Positions 1-14,160 of a stretch of 64,000 nucleotides of DNA are shown here, in pieces. The stretch spans positions 2,728,001-2,792,000 of the forward strand of contig NEEC01000008.1 in NCBI GenBank assembly GCA_002189035.1, written 5' to 3'. The translations under genes and the position numbers were made by a program. The number at the start of each line of letters is the position of its first letter. Within the stretch, counting starts at the first letter, position 1. Source of the stretch: Utricularia gibba (taxonomy: Eukaryota > Plantae > Magnoliophyta). The notes beneath the pieces were generated by a model. It saw only the letters and a list, made by a program, of their open reading frames with translations. It was not told the DNA's origin and ran no database searches.

Positions 1-325
1 AAACCTATGCAGGATCTGTCTGTCCACCCACACCACTCATGCATCAAGATTCAAACTTTCAATCAAAACAACGTAATTGAATTAGGGTTTATATTTTTTT
101 TTCTTTTTTGAAAAAAAAATAATTGATTTATTTTTGTGGTAATTTTTTTGGGAAAAAAACAGAGGAGAAAAGTTTTTGCCGTTTACAGGTTTTGTTGCAA
201 AAAGTCAGTGCTGTTGAGCACGAAGAGATGGGGGGAGTGATTTAACGTAGACTTTGTCGTCTTATGCTTCTCCTGCATTCAATTCCTTCATTTGCTATCC
301 CTTCCTTTCAACCGCAACTGAAAAA

Positions 326-395
326 CCCTCTTCCCCTCTCCCTCCCTCTCCTCTCCCTCTCCCTCTCCCTCTCTCTCTCTATCTCTATCTGTCTC
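326..395. repeat. CT/CCT-rich microsatellite in the 5' leader of the TGA gene
   Basis: Pure pyrimidine low-complexity tract (ccctctctccctccctctc...ctctctctctatctctatct) directly visible. Confidence 0.85.
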
Positions 396-448
396 CTTCA
401 CGTCTGCGTCCTGGGATGGATTCTCCCTATTTTTTCTGATCGACCGGA

Positions 449-3049
449 ATGGATTTCGCTTCCTCTTCCGCTGCTTCAGTAGACGAAGAGGAGGAGGAGG
501 AAGAAGAAGAAGAAGACGAAAACTCCACTGCCCACCCAAAAGCCTGTTGTTCTCCAACACCCAAAACGATTCCTTCGCCAGAAGCAAGGACAGCGGCGGA
601 GCTTACAACATGGGCGATTTGGATCAGTCCCTTCTGCAGTTCTTCGATGATCAGCAAAGTATGTTCGCCTTTTCTTTTCCTTTTTTTTTTGTCAGTTACC
701 TGAAGCCTGCGAAGATTCTCCGGCGGTAAAAAGCTTGCACTCCCCTTTGACCAGAAATTATCAAAAAAACTGTACTGTGAAACCGGGATGCGGCACCACT
801 TTATTGCACAAAAACGGCAAAAGAAATAGTCTTTAACCCCTTTCTTGCTTTCAGGGACTTTCTTGAATTCAGCATAGACATGTAACAAACTCTCACATAT
901 TCTGTTTCATCCTTTTTTCCTCCATTATTGCAAATCATTTGTCTCTTTTTTTTTTCAATTCAAATAAATTATTGATTTTTTTTAAAAAAAGAATCCATCT
1001 TGTTTGTGTTGTGAGCAGAAAGTGGTGATATGAGGCCACACACCCTCAACATTTTTCCTTCAGAGCCCATGCATGTGGTGGAGCCATCTTCTTCTACTTC
1101 AAAGGGAGCTGAAGCAACAGCAGCTGTGGTTGTCACAGAAGCTCTTTGCAAATCTTTTACTGCTGTAAAAAGTTCTCTTTAGGTGACTAAATGGATGAAT
1201 TCTCCCTGCAGCAGAGTCTGGGCTTGGTTTCTCCATCTGCCAGCGACTCCCAGAAATCATCTCAGCCGTCCATGGACTTAGCAAACCCTAGATATGAACC
1301 TGCTTCTGCTTCAGTATCTACCAAGGGAGTTAAGGTTCGGGCGTAAAATATTTCCATCAAAAGTCCAATTCTATTATTAATTTCCCTTTCTGCTATGTTG
1401 TTTCAGCGTGAGGGGAACCCCAAGGGACTTCTCACCTCAGGCTCCGAGCAAGAAGGCAAGCTGAAAACCCCCGATCCGAAGGTGCTTCCCATTCTTCCAA
1501 AAAACTCGCACAAAATCGTGTTTTGACTGTCGTTTCAATGTTACAGACACTGCGGAGGCTCGCCCAGAACAGAGAAGCAGCTAGAAAAAGCAGGCTCAGG
1601 AAGAAGGCGAGTCCCCCTCTTCTTTCTTCCTTCTCAACAGATTTTACAGTTTCTCATCAGATTGCAATCACAAACGCAGGCCTACGTCCAGCAGCTTGAG
1701 TCAAGCAGGATGAGGCTCACACAACTAGAGCAAGAACTTCAAAGAGCAAGAGCCCAAGTAAGAATTACCCAGTATTTAGAAACCCTAAGAGATGATCCCG
1801 CAATGGGACCAAGCTCCTTCCTTTTCGCCATTGATCACTGTTCCTGATCAGAGCACTTGACAATGCAATTATCAAACCCCATTTTTTAATATTTTATATA
1901 ATAATTTTGACAATCTTTCAGGTGTGACATTAATTTCATTAGACAGGTGATGATTATATGGTGAAATAGTTACCTAATTATTTTAAATTATTTTTTCTAG
2001 GGTTTTTATTTAGGGGAGGCTGCTATGTTGGGGGATCAAGGCCTTCAGTCTACCGTAAATATGAATTCTGGTAAATGTTTTTTTATTAAATTATTATTTT
2101 AAAAAGTCAACTGTTGCTATTTTATTGGTGTAATTTTTTTAAAAAATTAATAAGATGCCTATTGCCTTGGATTCTTCAACTCTGTGTATGTCAATTGGTT
2201 AATAATTATAGATGCGGCCGTCTTTGATGCCGAGTACGGGCGATGGGTGGAGGAGCACCACCGCATCACGGAGGAGCTCCGCCACGCATTCCACGACCAT
2301 TTGCCGGAGAACGAACTCCGAATCTACGTCGACAACTATCTGGCGCACTGCGATCAGATTATTCACCTCAAGAGCATGATCGCCAAATCCGACGTCTTCC
2401 ACCTCATCTCCGGCGCATGGTTGACTCCCGCGGAGCGTTTGTTTATGTGGATAGGTGGATCCCGGCCGTCCGCAATCATCAAGGTCAGCCCATATCTTCA
2501 GATCTTTAGAAAAAAAGTTTTAATCACAAAACCTGAAACCACCGATTTTTAATACCGCTTTGCCTTGCTACATACAGATTATAATGAGCCAGATCGAGCC
2601 GGTGTCGGAGCAGCAGCTGATCGGAATATGCGGACTGCAGCAGTCGACTCAGCAGGCGGAGGAAGCTCTATCACAGGGGCTGGAGGCGCTGGCTGAGTCC
2701 CTTTCAGAAACCCTAATCTCCGGCTCCCTCGCAATCCCGCCTGATGTCAACCACTACATGGTTCAAATGGCTAACTCCATTAACAAGCTAGCAGCTCTGG
2801 AAGGCTTCGTCCGTCAGGTACATTTTCATTCCATAATTTCCAGTCCCCACTTCCACATTAACTCAGTCTTTTCCCTGCTGCTCTTCCCCTCAGGCTGATA
2901 ATCTGAGGCATCAAACCCTCCACCGGCTGCAGCAGATCATGACGACTCGCCAGGCCGCCCGGTACTTCCTGGCGATCGCGGAGTACTTCCATCGCCTCCG
3001 GGCACTGAGCTCGCTGTGGCTGGCGCGGCCAAGGCACGAGCAGCTGTAG
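449..3049 (+). CDS. TGA10: TGA-family (group D) bZIP transcription factor with DOG1 domain, TGA10-like
   Basis: Spliced exons give GAYNMGDLDQSLL, MRPHTLNIFPSEPMHV, DPK|TLRRLAQNREAARKSRLRKK|AYVQQLESSR, AAVFDAEYGRWVEEH, and end ADNLRHQTLHRL...SSLWLARPRHEQL* (TAG 3047-3049). The start is uncertain: ATG 449 needs a +1 indel, while ATG 610 is in frame. Confidence 0.9.
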
Positions 3050-4503
3050 AAAGAACATGGGGGAAGTGGGAGGCGCCATGGATCATGTAGCTAAAGTTTA
3101 ACCTTACTACCCACAACAACACATTTGACTTGCGTTTGGACATGATTGTTGTAAGGACTCATTACAGGGGGGATGTAATATTTATTGTTTTAAAATACTT
3201 TCCCTCAAAAAAAAACAGACCATTTTATTTGTCCAATAAGAAGGTGACGCGTAGCAAGAGGGTAGAATTTCCGTGATGCATTCCAAAGGGGGAATGATTG
3301 ATTCTTATTCCGTTTTAAAAAAAAGAGGGAGATGGAGTTGGCGTTGGTACGGACGGATGATTGTCAATGTGTACGGGAGTGCTGGGCATCTCAAACAAAA
3401 CCAAAAACTGAAAGAAACGGCGACGTTTCAACTCCCCTGATCATCAATGCATTTACTATCAATGTTGTCGGGTCGGGTCAAATGATCATTTTATCAGTCT
3501 TGTTTGCAGCCAATCTACAAATGCCGCGTGGCACGAAGGTAAAGTAGCCCTGCTAGGCCACATTATTTCTTTAAAAAAATGGTTTTGTAGAATTATAATT
3601 AAAATGAAGTCAAAATTCCCGTAGCCATTTAAATTTTGAAGGTTGTAACAAGGGAAGACCCCAAAACTCCAGCTTCGGCACAACATATGTTTTCAGGCCT
3701 AATTTATTGGGCCCGGCCTACAACAAGGCCCAGTATATTTTGATACCAACTTCTCGTGCCTGCATGAATCGGGGTTGGAACCCCCCGGTTCATCCGGTTA
3801 ACCGATTTTAAAAAGAAAACTTAAAAAAAAAAACCGGAGCCGCTGAAATAATAATAAAAACCATCAATTGAATTAGGTTAATTATATAAATAAATAATTT
3901 CTTAAAGTTATAAAATATTTTTAAATTAAAAAAATGCTTGAGCTCCTCGAATGTGCATCCGTAAAAAAAAAAGAAATGGGGGAAATGAGTTGTGAATGAT
4001 GAGGGGCCTGGCGACGAAACCCTAGCTGGGGAGGCTCGCTCCCGCTAACCTCCCGCATTTATTCCATTTTCTTCTGGTAGCGACACATGCGTCGAAGTGT
4101 CGTTTCAATCTACAGTTCGCGCATCCACCGTCATGCCTCCTGCTTCGCCTCGTGTGTTCATTTTCCAGGCATTCCACCGATGGTCTCCCGCATCAAAACG
4201 ATTTGCAGGGGTGAGTTTTGAGATTTAACCCCACATTGATTGAGTGAAAGGCGGTTGATAAAAGATTTCACTATTTTAATGCTGTGTTTGATAGGATTTT
4301 TTAGGGTCTACATACGTATTTGTTAATCAAACATTTTAATCTCCCAAAAACTTGGTTTGTACATCTTGTTTTGTATGTTTCTGAGTCTTGGAGGAGGTAT
4401 TTTGTAGTAAAAAGCTCTTTTTTACTGCCCCATTTTGTTTTCAAGCTCCGGTGTTTATTGGAGAAGGCATATTTGTTTCCTAGCAATGAAGGAGAGAAAA
4501 GCG

Positions 4504-6182
4504 CTATACGTCATCGGGGGCTAGAGCTCCGTGGCCGGCGCCAAATGCCTTGATGTGATCCTTGAGGGATCTCTTGTGTTTGAAGTCGGAGCCGCAGACG
4601 CAGTACCACAGCTTCCCGCAGTTCTTCTCGTGCGTTCTCCAGTCACCCCTCACTGCCAGGGCCTTACCACACTTTCTGCAAACGAAAGGCTTGATCCCAT
4701 GCTTCCTCTTGTAGTGTGTCTGCAGGGTTCTGAAATCCTTCAGTGGCTTCGCTCGTGGAGTGTCGATGTTGTTCCTGCAGCCAGGCGCGCAGCAGTAGCA
4801 TGGGAGCCTGAGCATTGCTGTGGGCTGCGTTCCTCTTAGAGACTCATGGCCTTTTCTGTACTGTGATCCGTGCCCCCACATGTGCATCTGCCAAGGGAAG
4901 AAAGCCAGTATCACAACGGAGGATCGCCAAATGGACAAAGGAATCTGATAAGGATTTCCCTCATTCTTGTTTTGCGGAATGATATCATGAAGTGCCCATA
5001 AACAATTAAAGAATGGACTTTCATGTCACTTTTTTTTCAGCAGAAGACAGTTCAAAGGTTTCACCCTCAAAAACCCTGGTAACAGATAAAAGGCTGGTAC
5101 TGTGCCTTGTGTTCCATTTCTTTTACTCATCTGTAAAAAAGTTTGCCTAATTTTATTTCCCATCAATCGTATTCTCCCCCTTAAGCACTCATGAAAAATC
5201 AGGGCTGATTTGAACTTCTTTTCGGCATACGCATCCCCAAAATTCACTTGCACACGGTAACCAGATTTCAATGCACAGACTCCAAGAAGGCAGAAGGAAC
5301 ATTGACTACTGACTTCACATAAATGAAAGAACCAACCAAAACCCACTGGTTAAATCAGAAAAAAGCAAGCTTTGCTCCATGAAAAAACTAAAGATTCGAT
5401 TTTTAAATTATATATATAATAATAAACACAACAATAATGTCTTTTCACAGACCTAGCCTGGAACCTGGAGATACCCACTCAGCTTGCCAACGAAAGCAAG
5501 AACCCAATGCATCCAACTTTTGAGTCTATCTTTCTTGGAAAAACAGTTAAATTGTTCCAATCTATCCCCCCCTACTCATCTCAACTAACACAATAAAAAC
5601 ACATGCACAATGTGGTGAAAAAGAGTTTAGTAGACTGTCTAGCCAAATGGATCAAGGGAGAAGAGGATAATTTGTTTCGAAACTTTCACTCACCTGCATG
5701 TTGTTGTATCTGTTGAAGGTTTTGAGGCAAACTGGGCAAGAAAACTGAGTTGGGCCAATGAGAATCTGTGAAGGAGTAGGAATCCAGTATTGCCCCTTGT
5801 TAATTCTGCTGATTAACAGCCCTGAGAGATCAGGATAAGACTCCTCTTCCTCTTCTTCTTCCTCCTCCTCCTCCTCCTCCTCTTTATACTCAGAGCTGAT
5901 GAGAGAAGCAGAAAGATCAGGGTTTGGTAAGCCAATATGGAGAGCAACCGTAACTCCATTATCAACACTAGCAGCTTCAGCTTTGCTGTCAAAAAGGGTG
6001 GTCTTTTCATCTGATCCGGGGGGAGTCAGTCTCAGAAGAGGAAGAGCTTCAACAAGGGGAGGCGCAGTGAAGGAAGAAGAAGGATGGAAATAGGAGTTTG
6101 AGTTTGAGAAGAATTGGGGATTTGGTTTGTGGGAGATGGAGAAATGGGGTTTGCAGAAGAGGGAAGAGTGGGGATCAGACAT
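4504..6182 (-). CDS. WIP2: WIP-domain C2H2 zinc-finger transcription factor (WIP2/NTT-like)
   Basis: Exon 1 (6182-5694) has poly-Glu and [34 protein letters not shown]. Exon 2 (4887-4504) has [13 protein letters not shown]...CYCC...HYKRKHG...[14 protein letters not shown]. The GT-AG intron is in frame. The paralog assignment is approximate. Confidence 0.92.
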
Positions 6183-7013
6183 TTCCTTGATTGTTGAGAG
6201 AGCAAGTGGAAGGAATAGTGAGTGTGTAAAACAGCAACTGGTAAATAGATAGAGATCAAGTGAGCTGCTGCTACTGCTGATACAAACCAAATAAATACAA
6301 TCCATCAACCTGATAACAAAAAACAAAGAAACAGGAGGAGTCTGTCCCCCTTCAGTTTTTTTAATATTAAACTATGAGAAACACAGGCCTATGCTACTGA
6401 TTTTGTTACAGACAAGTTCAAACTCATAGTTTCACTCCACAACTTGGAACACTTTTAACCAAATGTTGCCTCCAAATAAAAAAAAAAAAAGGTCTTTAGG
6501 GTTCTTTTTGGTCAGAATTCTCACCACACACTTGATATCTTGGGGGCTTCAATTACAATGAGCATCCTTTATTCTGCATTTTGAAGCATTCAAGATAAAG
6601 TGTTGGAATGGAAATGAGAGAATGATAACAAGAGGGCTTTATTTTCATTTAATTAGTATTTGATAGGTTTTTTTTTGCACCTCTAAATGTGTTTGCATGC
6701 AAAATACTTTTTGTTCAAAAGACATTATTTACCAAATAAACACTTTCAATTATAACTATAATACGTATTTATTTAAATATAAATAATTCAAACGTATAAT
6801 TAAATAAATGTATATTTTATACAAAAATATTAAATCAAATTCAAAAAATCATAGATTTGAGTTGAACCGGGTCTAATCCCTAGTTCAATCTCGAATTTTA
6901 AAACACTATGGCATGGTAGGATCCAAAATATGGGCCCCTGGAAGAAAGAATTTCACTGCTGTTTCTTGGGCCGGGGCCCAAAAATACAAAGATTCTTGAA
7001 AAAACAGGATTCA

Positions 7014-7076
7014 AGATATTTTTGCCCAAAAATACTAAAATTCAGAAACACATAGCACAAGAACACAAGATATTTT
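7014..7076. promoter_or_regulatory. Two evening-element cores (AAAATATCT on the minus strand) in a 13-bp direct repeat
   Basis: caagatatttttg occurs twice; AGATATTTT at 7014-7022 and 7068-7076, in the divergent WIP/CPK intergenic region. TGGGCC site-II motifs lie just upstream. Confidence 0.45.
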
Positions 7077-7750
7077 TGTTCCTCTGTAAATAAAAAACTT
7101 CTGATTGCATAATTTACTGAAATATATCCTAATTTAATAATCTCATTTTTTAATTATGCTAATTATGAAATATATCTTTAAAACATCATACTTGCCCACA
7201 AGTACTTCATTATTTACTAATAATAAATTATTTTTTTCCTTGATTGCCCTCTTGTATTTTTACTATTTTTGTATTATTTTTTTAAAAAAACAAACAACAG
7301 TAAAGGTTAATATTCCAATATTGGTGCTATATAAATGTCGAAATTAATTCATTTATTGAGATTAATGCGAAATTAAAAATGTGTTTGTTTGAGGAAATTA
7401 TGACGTGGTCAAGTCAAAGAAGTAGGCATTTGGGAACTCAGAAGTAAGAAATGGCGGTATCAGCATGGGCGTGGAAAGCGATACTCCTGCCTTCTGAATG
7501 CGAAGGCCCTTCGCATTTGACTTCGTCTCCATTTGTGTGATTCCGGGTGTCACTCCCACCCAGAAAACGTCGTTCTGGGGAAAATTCTCATGCCCTTCAG
7601 GGTTACCTTTGTTGACTCTTTGAAAGAAGCCTTCCTGTTTTCATCTGGCTTTGTGCTTTCTTGATTGTTTTCTTCTGGGTTTTGGACGAGGGTGCTGTTC
7701 TGGTAGAGAAGGAAGGCGGGGGAAGTGAAAGTATTTGTTTGTCGATCAAG

Positions 7751-10031
<2,281 letters not shown>

Positions 10032-11039
10032 CTAAAGTACCAGCAGAAACCACTCCATATACAGCAAACACAATTCAAGTGTCAAAATGACACAATTGCC
10101 AGTGTGTTCTCTTCAGGGGTATTCTTGTAATTCCACGTAGAAATAGGGGAAACCAATAGTCCATATTTGTTTAAACCTTTAAATAAGCTCATGTTAATAC
10201 CTTTGTACTTTTTTTAAATGTATTTTTCAATATATGTGTGATTATCAAAAATATTTTTCATAATTATTATAATCATATTTATCAAAATTCTTTTTTATAA
10301 ACATTTTAAACATAAATTTATAATATATGTATATATATGTAATTCACGTTTATCTTATATGATATTGTTTTTTAGATCATTCAATTTTTAAGATTTTACG
10401 TTTTTCTCATTTTTAATTAATAGACTCTCATGTATTCACTCATTCTAAAATTATCTAGAATCAAGCATGTTTAACTTTAAAAAAAATTATATAAGATTTA
10501 TACAATTATTCTATTTAATCTTATTATTTAATTCATCCATAATTGATATGTGATTCGTCTAAATTGATTTTATCATTATTACTTCGGGGTTTACTATTTA
10601 TAAATAATTAATTAAGAAGAAGGATAAACATGTAATTCACTTAAGTTTTTTTTAATATATATATTATCGTAAATCACGATATACTCCACATGCAAGCGGG
10701 AGAGGTACGGGGCCTCATAAATGCTAGGGTTGTGGGTTGTTAGATGCTAATTTTGCTTTATTTTGTATTATTTATTTATTCTATTTTTTCTGTTGAAGAG
10801 AAGTTCCCTGATGCGAGGGTCGTTCACCTTATCATCTACATCGTATTGTCCCTGTCGGGTCCAATCACGGTGCAAATACGTGTACCCACATTTGGACGAC
10901 TATCATCAAAACTATTAAAAAAATTATAGTTTATAAATTTTGTAAGTCTAATTATAAAATAACAAAAATGTTTAGAATCATTAAATTTCATTTTCATGTT
11001 AATTTAAATACTCAAGTAGTTGTACAACAGTTGTCTGAA

Positions 11040-11230
11040 ATGAGTCTCCTTGTAATGGGACAGTGTTGATGGAATCCATTGATTCAGTGGAGGAGGATAA
11101 GCTTAAGAATTTGGGGGCGATGGCGTGGAGCAGCACGTGCCGCATGAGGATTGGACAAGGGCGGTTGGAGAAGAAGAGCATCCCTCGTACCTTCGCGAGT
11201 TGTCGGCTCCCCAACACATCTGCTACCCTC
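11040..11230 (-). pseudogene. Isolated coding-like fragment of unidentified origin
   Basis: GC-rich island in AT-rich DNA. The minus frame VADVLGSRQLAKVRGMLFFSNRPCPILMRHVLLHAIAPKF has strongly C-ending codons, but there is no start, splice context or recognisable domain. Confidence 0.35.
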
Positions 11231-11479
11231 ATATTGAATATATATAATTTATTTAATAATATAAAGAAAATTAACAAAATAGATGTATAACGATATAGAA
11301 GAATTATGAAAAGTGACATAAAATAAATTATTTATTGTATTGCAAATTATGTAACAGAATAAACAAAAAGGTATGCATGTGTGAATAATAATGAATAGGC
11401 GCATAGGTGGCGAGTCCTCTTGAATGCACTTCCCTCTCTATTAATAAATAAAATATGTTTTTATATAATAAAGTTATTG

Positions 11480-11993
11480 TGGTTGAAAATCGATATTAGG
11501 TCAGGAGTAGATTTTCGAGTTATGAATACGACCGGATGCATCGTACCCGATTTAGGTTCACGTGTTGTGTAGATTGTGGTGTGATTAACATTAACAATGA
11601 AAGACAAGTATTTTTACGTGGAAGTCGTCGAAAAACGAAAAAAATCACGTAGTTATTGGAACTCATCGAAAAATGATCTTTACCAGATGGAGGAGAAGAT
11701 AAAATATAAGTTGAAGGGCTTGGAGTTCAACTACTCTTTCTTTTTCTAAATTTCTTACATTTATAAGAGAGTTTGATATTACCAAATTCTGAATTCTGTA
11801 TGTGTCAGTTGTTTTCTATACATGTAGTATATATTATGATTCTGCTTTTCGGATAACCGTTTTCTACTCTATCATTACCGTAATTCGATTACTTTTAACA
11901 CTGTTCAAAACGGCCATTATTGACAATTCTGACACTTATCGTTTCACTAGACTGTACCAATTTGTAAGAACAACTTTTGACTCATTTTCAATA
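11480..11993 (-). mobile_element. Degenerate Ty1/copia-like solo LTR
   Basis: Imperfect inverted termini (gttgaaaat...attttcaat). The minus strand has CTCTCTTATAAAT followed by ttccacgtaaaaatacttgtcttt, resembling a U5 motif common in copia LTRs. No TSD found. Confidence 0.5.
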
Positions 11994-12371
11994 ATCGATT
12001 AACTAAATTCAATTTGTATCTCATCAAAATTAAATAAGCAAAGATTTTATTTTCATTTTGATATTTATTTATATTCGAAAAAACTGAAAAACTCGAAATT
12101 TGAGTTAGGGGTTTAGGGAATTTTGGTGAAATTTAAAATATTGATATTTATATGTATGTATGCAACTAAATCATGTAAATGTTATTAATATTTTAGTATA
12201 GAATAAATTACATTGTACGTAATCGTCTTCCTCACGAGTCACGGCAAAGGCAATTAATTATAAAGGACGCCCTGGACAGGCGCCAGCACAAACTGATTCC
12301 ACACTCTCTCTGTCTCCCAGTGGCGCTTTTGGGTAGAAAGATTCTTTCTGTGAGTAGTTCAGTTGAGTGGC

Positions 12372-12866
12372 ATGAGGGCAATACCTTACTCGCTCCCCGG
12401 GTCGGCTGCGGCCCGGCCGGAGTTAGATACCCATGTGACCCCTCCGCCGCCTCCGTGCGATGCACGGACGTGCCCCTGGTGGCCGTACTCCAGCGCCAAC
12501 GACTTCAAAGCAAACGCGGCGATAATCGTCGTGGTCCTGTTGCTGGCCATGGCCTTAGCCCTGGCGCTGAACATCGGGATCCGGTACTTGATCCGATGGC
12601 AATGTCGACAGATTCAGGAGGCGGAGCGCGGCGGCGGAGAGGGGGACGCCCCGGAGTCCGTTCCGACTATTGTCTACACGGAGGCGATGCGGCGCGACGG
12701 GGGGGAAGTGGAGTGCATCATCTGCTTGTCGGAGTTCGTGGTGGGGGAGAGAATGAGGGTTCTGGAGAAGTGCGGGCATGGGTTCCATTTGCAGTGCATT
12801 CAGCAATGGCTGGTCGGGCACCCTTCTTGTCCGACCTGCCGAGATGAGTGCTCTTTCCTTCCCTGA
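12372..12866 (+). CDS. ATL79: ATL RING-H2 E3 ubiquitin ligase (ATL79-like), single exon
   Basis: [18 protein letters not shown]-terminus, hydrophobic TM helix, RING-H2 CIICLSEF...[23 protein letters not shown]. The first ATG is at 12372. Confidence 0.9.
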   Translation: MRAIPYSLPGSAAARPELDTHVTPPPPPCDARTCPWWPYSSANDFKANAAIIVVVLLLAMALALALNIGIRYLIRWQCRQIQEAERGGGEGDAPESVPTIVYTEAMRRDGGEVECIICLSEFVVGERMRVLEKCGHGFHLQCIQQWLVGHPSCPTCRDECSFLP

Positions 12867-13283
12867 ACACTTCATTTCAAACCGGAAGGACAAAAATTGC
12901 AGCATCGGGGGATTGCTTCTCTTCCTCCCGTTTTGTAATTGTAGTGAAAATTTGTAAAATCGGCCTCCATTTGTGCGAAGGACAGGCGTTCACGATAGTG
13001 TCTGAGTTAGACCGCAATCTTCTTGCAATAGAAAAAAGGGAACCGTTGTCCAATCGCCATTCAACCAAAATAGTGTTTAATATATATTTTTTAAAAAACA
13101 ATTATTTGAATTACTTTTCATAATTAACCAAGTGTTTATTTATTTATTTATATTATATAATATCAATTTAAACAAAATTTATATATAAAAAAATATATTT
13201 TCAATTTTAACCATGTTAATGAAGTAAACTTAAGAAGAAGAAGATTTAGTAACATCACCATTCACCACTTGTCTGAACATTAA

Positions 13284-13559
13284 AGGAATGTTTGGAAAAA
13301 TTTTTAATGTTATTTTTATTTTGAAAAATTAAAAAGTATAAATTTTTTGAAGAATTAGAAATATAAATAACATGTTTTGAAAAAATTATATAAACAGAAA
13401 TGAAAAATAGAAATAACTGCTTTTTTATTTCTATTTTGTCTTATTTTTAACTACATTTAAAAAATTATTTTTATCATAAATAGAAACAGATTATCTGTAA
13501 AATTATTTTTGATAAAAACAGAAATAAAATAATATCGAAAAATTTTTCAGAACATAATT
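13284..13559. mobile_element. Degenerate Tourist-like (PIF/Harbinger) MITE
   Basis: taa|aggaatgtttggaaaaattttt ... aaaaatttttcagaacataatt|taa: 17/22 TIR identity, TAA flanks on both sides, AT-rich interior of 276 bp. Confidence 0.55.
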
Positions 13560-14160
13560 TAATTGCTTACGTAAGTCTTCACCCGAAGGTTCTTGAAAAT
13601 CGGGACCCGGTTCGCCTGTCGACCGGCCGGGCCCGTGGTCTTGAAGTCGGGGTGCCCTCAAATCTCCAAATTGAATTTCTGATAAATGAACAAAATGGAT
13701 GACAAAAATGATATTAATTTTTACTATTTTATTTTTACAGTGGAAACTGTGAAAATGTATATGAGCCGAGGCCCAACACTCTGCACTTGGGTCCATTCAT
13801 TTATGTATTTTATGTATGAAAATAATATTAAATAATTATTTGAATAAATTGAAGAAGCGAAAACTCAACGGATTTTAACTGAACTGAAAAACGAAACTCG
13901 GGAGGATGTTGTGGAGTTGAGTTGCCCTTCTCCACCTTGACCGCCATTGAATTTGGTGTTCTTGCTCACGTAGGGATGGTGGGTGCAACTTCACTTCAAC
14001 CAGAAGGCATTGTCACTCCACTTCGCCACCCACCTCTCTCTTGTGGCTTCTGACTTGCAATCAATTCTGGACGGGAGCTGGATTGGGGACCCACTTCGTC
14101 TTCACCGCTCTCAACTTCCTTTTTCTCTTCGGAGGCGGCAAATCAACTCAGCCGACAAGA

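Noticed and set aside
1100-1135. Missing canonical donor after STSK in TGA exon 2 (aag|ggagct)
   Set aside because: It could be a lost T (aag|gtgagc) or use of a nearby GT donor (for example at 1126). This cannot be decided from sequence alone.
12320-12905. Overlapping 175-aa (+) and 116-aa (-) ORFs
   Set aside because: Alternative frames of the GC-rich ATL79 exon.
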